From Hydrogenophilales bacterium (lineage in GTDB: Bacteria; Pseudomonadota; Gammaproteobacteria; Burkholderiales; Eutrophovitaceae): 64,000 nt of DNA. How positions within the stretch are numbered: position 1 is the stretch's first letter; each line of letters begins with the position of its first letter. Positions 56,978 to 64,000 of this stretch are shown here, piece after piece. Location: contig CACOJS010000007.1 of the NCBI GenBank assembly GCA_902627495.1, forward strand, positions 11,089 to 75,088. The letters run 5' to 3'. Both the position numbers and the translations under genes were made by a program. The notes beneath the pieces were generated by a model. That model saw only the letters and a program-made list of their open reading frames with translations. It searched no databases and was not told where the DNA came from.

Positions 56978-58327
56978 TTACAATACATAGCGAGCAAGGT
57001 CTTCGCTTTCAGACAGGTTCTTTAGCTTCTGGTCAACATAGTTTGAGTCAATAGTGATTGTTTCACCACTTTTGTTTGAAGCTTCAAATGATAATTCTTC
57101 CAAAAGTTTTTCCATAACGGTGTATAGTCGACGTGCCCCTATATTCTCGGTCTTTTCATTTACCTTCCACGCTGTTTCAGCAAGTTTGGTAATTCCATCG
57201 TCTTTGAAGTTCAAAACTAGACCTTCAGTTTGCATTAAAGCCTGATATTGTCGAGTTAAACAAGCGTCAGTAGCTGTAAGTATGGATTTGAAATCGGTAA
57301 CGGACAAACTAGACAATTCAACTCTGATAGGCAGCCTCCCTTGCAATTCGGGGATTAGATCTGATGGTTTGGACAGATGAAATGCCCCGCTGCCAATGAA
57401 CAATATGTGGTCAGTTCTAACAACTCCGTATTTGGTAGTCACAGACGTACCTTCAACTAGGGGAAGTAAGTCTCTTTGTACGCCTTGCCGAGATACCTCC
57501 GGCCCGGTGACTTCCTGTCGATTTGCAATTTTGTCTATTTCATCTACAAAAACAATACCATTTTGCTCAGCATTTTTTAATGCCTGCATTTTTACCTCAT
57601 CATTATTAATGAGCTTGGAAGCCTCCTCATCTATCAGTACTTTTAAAGCATCTTTGATTCTAAGTTTTCTAGTAGTTCGTCTACCTGTATTTCCAAGGTT
57701 TTGGAACATACCTTGAATTTGAGATGTAAGTTCTTCCATACCCGGGGGTGCTAAAATTTCCATGTGTGCACCCACCTGAGGAACATCCAATTCAATTTCT
57801 TTATCATCCAATTCACCTTCCCGAAGCTTCTTCCGAAATTTTTGCCGAGTGACTGATGTCTCCTTAGAATTTTCCGATGCTTCTGGTGTCGTATTTCTAG
57901 GCGGTGGTATGAGTAAATCTAAAATCTTTTCTTCAGCAGCATCCTGTGCTCTATGTTGAACTTTCCGAGTTTCCATTTCTTTGGTATCTTTAACGGCTAC
58001 CTCTACTAAATCTCGGATAATACTCTCGACATCTTTTCCAACATACCCGACTTCCGTGAATTTGGTCGCTTCTACTTTTATAAATGGGGCGTTTGAAAGA
58101 CGGGCTAGCCGTCGGGCAATTTCAGTTTTCCCCACACCTGTGGGCCCTATCATAAGTATGTTTTTTGGAGTTATTTCCTGAGACAGTGGACCAATAATTT
58201 GTTGACGTCTCCACCTATTTCGCAATGCGATGGCCACAGCCTTTTTTGCGGCTTCTTGCCCTACTATATGTTTATTAAGTTCGTGTACTATCTCTTGTGG
58301 AGTCATCGATGACATAGTTTGCACCAT
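56978..58327 (-). CDS. hslU: HslUV protease ATPase subunit
   Basis: [34 protein letters not shown]. Confidence 0.99.
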   Translation of the reverse strand: MVQTMSSMTPQEIVHELNKHIVGQEAAKKAVAIALRNRWRRQQIIGPLSQEITPKNILMIGPTGVGKTEIARRLARLSNAPFIKVEATKFTEVGYVGKDVESIIRDLVEVAVKDTKEMETRKVQHRAQDAAEEKILDLLIPPPRNTTPEASENSKETSVTRQKFRKKLREGELDDKEIELDVPQVGAHMEILAPPGMEELTSQIQGMFQNLGNTGRRTTRKLRIKDALKVLIDEEASKLINNDEVKMQALKNAEQNGIVFVDEIDKIANRQEVTGPEVSRQGVQRDLLPLVEGTSVTTKYGVVRTDHILFIGSGAFHLSKPSDLIPELQGRLPIRVELSSLSVTDFKSILTATDACLTRQYQALMQTEGLVLNFKDDGITKLAETAWKVNEKTENIGARRLYTVMEKLLEELSFEASNKSGETITIDSNYVDQKLKNLSESEDLARYVL

Positions 58328-58390
58328 TAGGTCTTGGTTTAGGGAGTTAATTGGATTAGAAACTTCCTTAAAAGTTTTTATAAAAGACGA

Positions 58391-58936
58391 CTATTCGTTT
58401 AGTGTTTCAATAGTATGATTTTGGTTGGTATAAATACAAATGTCCCCTGCTATTTTTAACGATTTACTAACTATTTCTTTGGGTGTAAAACTAGAGTTTT
58501 CCAGGAGGGCCTCAGCAGCAGCTTGTGCATATGAACCCCCACTACCTATCGCAATTAGCCCATTCTCCGGCTCCACAACATCTCCGTTACCAGAAAGTAT
58601 TAGAGAGGTTGAGCAATCAGCTATAGCCAACATGGCCTCGAGTCTTCGAAGCACTCGGTCTGTACGCCAATCCTTTGCCATTTCTACAGCGGATCTCAGG
58701 AGGTTCCCGGAGTGTTTCTCAAGTTTACCCTCGAATCGCTCAAAAAGCGTAAATGCATCTGCTGTAGCCCCAGCAAAACCTGCTAGAATTTTACCTCCAT
58801 AGATAGTTCGTACTTTTTTTGCTGATGCCTTTATAACCACATTGCCTAATGTCACCTGTCCGTCGCCACCAATTGCCACTTTGTCTCCCCTACGAACGGA
58901 AAGAATAGTTGTGCCATGAAAATTTTGCGTAACCAT
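58391..58936 (-). CDS. hslV: HslUV protease peptidase subunit
   Basis: [37 protein letters not shown]. Confidence 0.99.
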   Translation of the reverse strand: MVTQNFHGTTILSVRRGDKVAIGGDGQVTLGNVVIKASAKKVRTIYGGKILAGFAGATADAFTLFERFEGKLEKHSGNLLRSAVEMAKDWRTDRVLRRLEAMLAIADCSTSLILSGNGDVVEPENGLIAIGSGGSYAQAAAEALLENSSFTPKEIVSKSLKIAGDICIYTNQNHTIETLNE

Positions 58937-59074
58937 AACTTTTTTCTACTTTGAATAATGAAGGAATAAGTTTGATATTGATTAAGTTAGTTAGTTTTTT
59001 TAATATTGAGAGAATACACCACCAAACTTTTCCTTTTCAATGAATTTTTATTCCAACGCCAAACAGTACATTCT

Positions 59075-60001
59075 TTATTTGTCATTCTCTGATAATTTGG
59101 ACTTACTGCTTTTAGCTCTTGGGTGTGATGTGTCGTAAACCCTAGCAAGGTGATCCCAATCAAGATGGGAATAAATTTGCGTAGATTTGATGCTCGAATG
59201 TCCTAAAAGTTCCTGAACTGCTCGCAGATCCCCACTCGACTGTAAAATATGGCTGGCGAATGAGTGCCGAAGAACATGGGGTGTAACTGGGATATCGATT
59301 AACTTTTCCTTCGCCAATTTAGATAATCTTCTTTGCACCGTACGTTGGCTAATTTGTTTTCTATGGCTACTGAAAAATAGGAAACCACTATCAGTTCCCC
59401 TCAATTTTTTTCTAACATTTAGCCATTCTTCTATAGCAGACATGGCTTTCTGCCCCACGGGGACGATACGAGTTTTACCTCCTTTTCCTAGAATCCTAAT
59501 AGTTTGATTATGACAATTTAAATCTATTATCTTGCTATTCACTAGTTCAGTTACTCTTAACCCCGAAGAGTACATTAATTCAAACATCGCTTGATCTCTT
59601 ATTCCGAGGGCGTCGGAGGGTGTATCGCTTACTAATGCGACTGCTTGGTCAACAGATAGAGCCGATGGAAGCTTTTTGGCACCTCTTGGTACTTTGATGC
59701 CTAGACAAGGGTTTTTTCCATCAGGGCAAGCGTGAGAAAAAAATCCCCGCCAGGATGAAAGATGCCTTGCGATAGAACTGCTGGATAGACCTTTACTCGA
59801 TAGTTCTTGAACATAAATTCGTATGTCATCCATTTTGATATCGTGGGCACTTTTATCAGGATCAAGCTTATCCAAAAATGATAGGTCACGCTTATAACTT
59901 TTAAGGGTATGGTTAGACAGCCCACGATTATATTTTAAGCTATCCAAGAAAGCTTTGATCTCTAAATTTAAAGGTTTTTTATCTTTCAATTTAGGCGCCA
60001 A
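59075..60001 (-). CDS. xerC: Tyrosine recombinase XerC
   Basis: YSSGLRVTEL, GKGGKTRIVP, HVLRHSFASH, QELLGH, TQIY; dapF-DUF484-xerC context. Confidence 0.92.
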   Translation of the reverse strand: MAPKLKDKKPLNLEIKAFLDSLKYNRGLSNHTLKSYKRDLSFLDKLDPDKSAHDIKMDDIRIYVQELSSKGLSSSSIARHLSSWRGFFSHACPDGKNPCLGIKVPRGAKKLPSALSVDQAVALVSDTPSDALGIRDQAMFELMYSSGLRVTELVNSKIIDLNCHNQTIRILGKGGKTRIVPVGQKAMSAIEEWLNVRKKLRGTDSGFLFFSSHRKQISQRTVQRRLSKLAKEKLIDIPVTPHVLRHSFASHILQSSGDLRAVQELLGHSSIKSTQIYSHLDWDHLARVYDTSHPRAKSSKSKLSENDK

Positions 60002-60651
60002 ATATTGTGAGCCAGCAATTCTACCAGCCTTTGCAAATAAACAGTATCCTTGTTTCTGGTGTAATGGTTTTTATCTGAGTTAAATAGTATAAGGATACCA
60101 ATAGTTTTGGTGGTCCTGATTGGGCAATAAGCATAGGAACCGCCGCCTGGCTCAAATTCAAAAGAACTAGCAATTTGCTTAGATAGTATTTGCGAAAAAT
60201 TGGGTCCAGAAAGTTCCTCCGCAAATGATAGCAAGCTCGGATCATATGAGACCCATTTTTTGGGAATTTTTTTACCAATATTCCAAAGCCGTAAAGCTGA
60301 ATCTTGAACCTTGAACTCTGTAGTTAGTTTTGAATGGAATTTCATGATCAAATTTTCGAGATCTACAGCATTAATTAAATCGATGGTTATGTGGTGAATT
60401 TGGTCAGCAAGCTTATCGTTTTGTTCCGCTATTTCAAGTAAATATTCGAGGGATGTTTCTAATTTATTTTTGTCTTGTTGAATTTTTTTTAGTTGCTTAT
60501 TTTTAATTGGAATCACATTGGTTTTCTGGGCAGATTTAATTTCAAGATACTTTGCTAAGTCGGGATATTTAACGAAGAAGTCTGGATTTTTTCGCAGGTA
60601 GGTCGCAACTTCCTCAGGCCTGAGAACCTCCGATCCCTCGGGTTTACTCAT
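59986..60651 (-). CDS. DUF484 (YigA-like) protein
   Basis: EVATYLRKNPDFF N-terminus, coiled coil with AEQND; lies between dapF and xerC. Confidence 0.82.
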   Translation of the reverse strand: MSKPEGSEVLRPEEVATYLRKNPDFFVKYPDLAKYLEIKSAQKTNVIPIKNKQLKKIQQDKNKLETSLEYLLEIAEQNDKLADQIHHITIDLINAVDLENLIMKFHSKLTTEFKVQDSALRLWNIGKKIPKKWVSYDPSLLSFAEELSGPNFSQILSKQIASSFEFEPGGGSYAYCPIRTTKTIGILILFNSDKNHYTRNKDTVYLQRLVELLAHNIWRLN

Positions 60652-61481
60652 ATTACAATCTCGCCTTCAAAAACTTGCCTTGCCGGCCCAGTTAATACTA
60701 GGTTGTTATTGACACCCTCCCACTCAACAGTCAGCTCTCCCCCTCTGGTTGTAACTTTAACAGGACTTTTAACAATTCCCCATGAAATAGCGATCGATGC
60801 TGCAGCACACGCTCCCGACCCGCAAGAAAGAGTTTCTCCAGCTCCGCGTTCCCAAACCCTTACTGAAATGTGATTGTTCCCTAGTTTTTCCAGATAACCC
60901 GCATTACACCCATCAGGAAAAAAAGGGTGCTCTTCAATTTTAGGGCCCTGAGTCGTAACGGGTGCTTTTGCGACACTTTTCACTAATTGCACAGCATGTG
61001 GATTCCCCATTGACACCGCCCCAACCTCAACTGTCCCACTACCCAGGTTCAATTCATATCGAGATTTTTGGATTTCAGTTTTAATAGGTATTTTGGAGGG
61101 CAAAAAGTTTGGAACTCCCATGTCTACTTTTATTTGATCGGATTTGGCTTGAGCAATTTGCATTATACTATTTCGCGTCTCAACCAATATTTTATTTTTG
61201 CTGGAAAGAGATTGGTTTTGAATAAAGAGGAATAAACATCTAGCTCCATTGCCACATTGTGATACCTCATTTCCGTCAGAGTTATATATGCGATAGAAAA
61301 AATCAATATCCGGGCTTTTTGGGTGCTCCAAAAGTAGTAATTGATCGAACCCAATACCTCTTTTTCTGTTACTAAGATGGGAAATTTGTTTTCTGTTTAA
61401 CTCGATTTTTTGGCGGACTCCGTCAAGAACCACAAAATCATTACCTGCACCGTCCATCTTAGTAAATTTAATTTTTTTCAT
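60648..61481 (-). CDS. dapF: Diaminopimelate epimerase
   Basis: FTKMDGAGNDF, QCGNGARC, SMGNPHAV, ERGAGETLSCGSG. Confidence 0.98.
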   Translation of the reverse strand: MKKIKFTKMDGAGNDFVVLDGVRQKIELNRKQISHLSNRKRGIGFDQLLLLEHPKSPDIDFFYRIYNSDGNEVSQCGNGARCLFLFIQNQSLSSKNKILVETRNSIMQIAQAKSDQIKVDMGVPNFLPSKIPIKTEIQKSRYELNLGSGTVEVGAVSMGNPHAVQLVKSVAKAPVTTQGPKIEEHPFFPDGCNAGYLEKLGNNHISVRVWERGAGETLSCGSGACAAASIAISWGIVKSPVKVTTRGGELTVEWEGVNNNLVLTGPARQVFEGEIVI

Positions 61482-61637
61482 TGAGGCATCACTATTTGAA
61501 AATTATTCAGTCGAGGGCATTCTATTTTACCGTCCGTACTAAGTCGTATGTTCAAATGGATTTTGAATAACATATTAGATGATGGTAAATTGATTAAATC
61601 AAAGAATGTGCCCTCAGTCCCTTATATCGATAATAAC

Positions 61638-61656
61638 ATAGCCCTTACTGGGCTAT
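61638..61656. terminator. Hairpin, possible bidirectional intrinsic terminator
   Basis: ATAGCCC-TTACT-GGGCTAT perfect 7-bp stem with T-rich flanks in both orientations. Confidence 0.55.
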
Positions 61657-61740
61657 ACTTCTTCATGTGTTTTTTTTGACACCGACAATCAAACTAGTCC
61701 AAGTGCCAATACTTTATTCTTGAAAGTAAATCTCGCAAGG

Positions 61741-62613
61741 TTAGTAAAACGGTGGTTCGCCGTCTGGCCTAGTTTTAAACCTCTTGTGCACCCAGTAATA
61801 TTCATCCAAAGAGCCCTCAACCTGTTCCTCTACAAATCTGTTGATTCTCTCGACATCAGAGCGTATGTTGTCAGATGGAAACTTTTTCCAAGCTGGCAGG
61901 AAGGTAACCCTGTAGCCAAACTCACCCTCTTTCTTTTTGATAACAACTGGAACGACTGTTGCTTTTGCAATATTCGCAATTCGGGGAGGGGCGGTTGTTG
62001 TGGCACAATTTACTCCAAAGAAGGGAACAAAAATAGAATCTTGTGGGCCAAAATCCATGTCAGGCAATAAAAACAGTGGGACGCGAGCTTTAAGTGTTCT
62101 GATCACACCTTTCATACTGTCTTGCCGAGAAAATAATTTAGGTTGACTAAAGCGCCCCCTTTTTTTTCTCAAAAATTCATCAAAAACTTTATTTTTCTGG
62201 TGACTGTAGATTACCACTGCGTCTTTTTTCATAGAAATTCGAATACCAAGGATTTCTACAGCGACAAAGTGAGGTGCAAGTACAATTACGGGGCTATTCT
62301 CATCCGCCTTCTCAAAATTTTCCCAGCCCTCTATTTCAGCTAACTCACTTAGTTTTTTTCTTGAACCCCACCAAGCTATGCTGGTATTAGCCAAGGCATA
62401 TCCCAAGGAACAGAAGTGTTTACTGACTAACCTGTCAATTGCTTTCTTCGGAAGATCTGGAAAGCAGGCTGAGAGGTTCTTCTGAACGACACGTTTGCGT
62501 TCAAGAGCAAGGTTACGGAGCGTGAATCCCAGTAGTTTACCTGTTATGCTTAATAATGCCGGAGGAAAAAAATGCATTAACCAAAAGACGAACAGTAGAA
62601 GGCGTGTGATCAT
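61741..62613 (-). CDS. Lipid A late acyltransferase (LpxL/HtrB family)
   Basis: PHFVAVE, LPDMDFG, FVPFFG, YYWVHKRFKTRP. Start set at ATG 62613; the ORF track starts at 62670. Confidence 0.9.
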   Translation of the reverse strand: MITRLLLFVFWLMHFFPPALLSITGKLLGFTLRNLALERKRVVQKNLSACFPDLPKKAIDRLVSKHFCSLGYALANTSIAWWGSRKKLSELAEIEGWENFEKADENSPVIVLAPHFVAVEILGIRISMKKDAVVIYSHQKNKVFDEFLRKKRGRFSQPKLFSRQDSMKGVIRTLKARVPLFLLPDMDFGPQDSIFVPFFGVNCATTTAPPRIANIAKATVVPVVIKKKEGEFGYRVTFLPAWKKFPSDNIRSDVERINRFVEEQVEGSLDEYYWVHKRFKTRPDGEPPFY

Positions 62614-62639
62614 ATTCGGATGCCTAAAGCCTCCATTTT

Positions 62640-63476
62640 CTATGGTCCCTTGTGGCGATTGTAGGCCCAAAGGTACTGATTAGGATGTTTTTGAATAATT
62701 CTCTCAAGTTTTTGGTTTAGAGCAAGAGCATTAAAATTTTCTCTTTCCTCTTTTTTCAGAGGTTCGAAAAAAAGGTCAAATCCTATACGGTTAGAATTTC
62801 TTACACAGTAGGTAAACATCACGTCAGCTTGCGTCCTTTGAGAAAGTGCATGCACTAAGGTCATAGTATACGCCGGACGACCAAAAAAGCTAACCCACTC
62901 GCCCTCTCCTTCTTTTGGTACTTGATCAGGAAGAATTCCTATAGCTTCTCCTTTTTTAAGAGCTTTGTATAATTGCCGAACCCCCCTTAAGTTAGCTGGA
63001 GCCACAGATTCATTATGATTGGTTCTTCCATCGAACATCGGCCTTGCAAGGTAGCTTTTTTTATGAGGACGGTACATAGATGTAATTGGAATGTATCTTC
63101 CTAAGTATTTGGGTATTATTTCGAAAGGCCCAAGGTGTGGAGTGATAAAAATAATTCCCCTTTTTTTTGTCAAAACTTTTTTAAGTTCAGATTCCCCTGA
63201 GATACTAAGAATATATGACAAGACTTCTGTTTTAGGTCTAAACCATATAAATGGTAATTCAAAAATAGCCTTTCCAGTCTCGCTGACATTTGATTTCAGT
63301 ATTTTTTTTAGAGACACTTGGTTACTGCAGACATTGCTCTCGGTAAGGTTTTGTGTAATTTGCTTCGAGTATTTTGATGAAACTATAAAGGCTACCCAAC
63401 TTATTGAAATCCCCAGAAAATGGAGCCAGCCCAGCGGTAAGTTTGCCAATAGTCTAAGAGTCAGCTTCAGTGTCAT
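62640..63476 (-). CDS. Lipid A/lysophospholipid acyltransferase family protein
   Basis: TPHLGPFE, ILPDQVP..GEG, FFGRPAYTMTL, QYLWAYNRHK. Confidence 0.88.
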   Translation of the reverse strand: MTLKLTLRLLANLPLGWLHFLGISISWVAFIVSSKYSKQITQNLTESNVCSNQVSLKKILKSNVSETGKAIFELPFIWFRPKTEVLSYILSISGESELKKVLTKKRGIIFITPHLGPFEIIPKYLGRYIPITSMYRPHKKSYLARPMFDGRTNHNESVAPANLRGVRQLYKALKKGEAIGILPDQVPKEGEGEWVSFFGRPAYTMTLVHALSQRTQADVMFTYCVRNSNRIGFDLFFEPLKKEERENFNALALNQKLERIIQKHPNQYLWAYNRHKGP

Positions 63477-63547
63477 GACATATTGTAGAATATTACAACT
63501 TGTCTTTGTGTTATAATCTTACGAAAATCTCTAATTTTATTAATCCA

Positions 63548-64000
63548 ATGTCAGAATATTTATTTACATCTGAATCAGTATCCGAGGGGCACCCCGATAA
63601 AGTTGCCGATCAAATTTCCGACGCTGTACTTGACGCAGCCATCGCGGGTGATAAGTATTCGAGGGTGGCAGCCGAGACGTTAGTTAATACAGGTTTGGTA
63701 GTGATGGCCGGTGAAATAACCACAAACGCGTCTATCGATTTTCAACAGGTTGCAAGAGATACCATTAAGCAAATTGGATACAACGATACATCGTTTGGAA
63801 TAGATTTCAAGGGATGTGCCGTTTTGGTAGCCTATGACAAACAGAGTCCTGATATAAAAATGGGAGTTGATAGTGCCCATGATGACCCTTTGAATCAAGG
63901 AGCTGGTGACCAAGGGCTTATGTTCGGATACGCTTGCAATGAGACTGAGACCTTCATGCCGCTACCAATTCATCTGTCTCACCGATTAGTTCAAAGACAG
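63548..64000 (+). CDS. metK: S-adenosylmethionine synthetase, 3' truncated (not in ORF track)
   Basis: Manual translation gives [26 protein letters not shown]...QSPDI...[12 protein letters not shown]. Confidence 0.98.
   Translation, partial: MSEYLFTSESVSEGHPDKVADQISDAVLDAAIAGDKYSRVAAETLVNTGLVVMAGEITTNASIDFQQVARDTIKQIGYNDTSFGIDFKGCAVLVAYDKQSPDIKMGVDSAHDDPLNQGAGDQGLMFGYACNETETFMPLPIHLSHRLVQRQ

Noticed and set aside
58391-58936. N-terminal extension before the catalytic Thr of HslV
   Set aside because: An FHGTT propeptide is normal for betaproteobacterial HslV.
58937-59074. Sigma32 promoter or CIRCE upstream of hslV
   Set aside because: TTGAAA is present on the minus strand but there is no correctly spaced CCCCAT, and no CIRCE repeat.
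59075-60001. Tyrosine recombinase as a possible integrase or mobile element
   Set aside because: It sits in the housekeeping dapF-DUF484-xerC context; no att repeats or cargo genes were seen.
61482-61740. Lysine riboswitch, 6S RNA, SRP RNA or hammerhead upstream of dapF
   Set aside because: Diagnostic conserved motifs of these families were not seen; kept only as an unassigned structure.
61741-63476. Tandem lipid A acyltransferases
   Set aside because: This is a common arrangement next to metK and dapF in Betaproteobacteria.
63477-63547. SAM riboswitch upstream of metK
   Set aside because: The spacer is 71 bp and mostly promoter (TGnTATAAT at 63509-63517), with no riboswitch motif.

Overview
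This is an AT-rich, compact bacterial chromosome segment spanning the replication origin. Gene content and order point to a streamlined Betaproteobacterium: dnaA-dnaN-gyrB without recF, def-fmt-DUF4390-NtrYX-like, metK divergent from two lipid A acyltransferases-dapF-DUF484-xerC, and HslV with an FHGTT N-terminus. Core genes are the atp operon, parAB-rsmG-mnmG with a perfect parS, mnmE-yidC-yidD-rnpA-rpmH, dnaA/oriC/dnaN/gyrB, topA, tkt-gap-pgk-fba, purEKC-tsaC and hslVU. Three accessory metabolic blocks stand out. (1) A tightly packed operon encodes a LIV-family ABC transporter, an M20 amidohydrolase, an apparent single-chain MdcD-MdcE decarboxylase fusion and malonyl-CoA synthetase MatB, a candidate undescribed N-malonyl/malonate catabolic route. 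(2) A LarA-superfamily epimerase with larC/larE/larB lies divergent from an IlvD/Edd sugar-acid dehydratase. (3) Divergent egtB/egtD ergothioneine genes sit beside a secreted GlcG/HbpS protein. A long imperfect inverted repeat upstream of dapF may be a structured or small RNA. No tRNA, rRNA, CRISPR array or mobile element was recognised. All calls come from motif recognition by eye; no searches were run.
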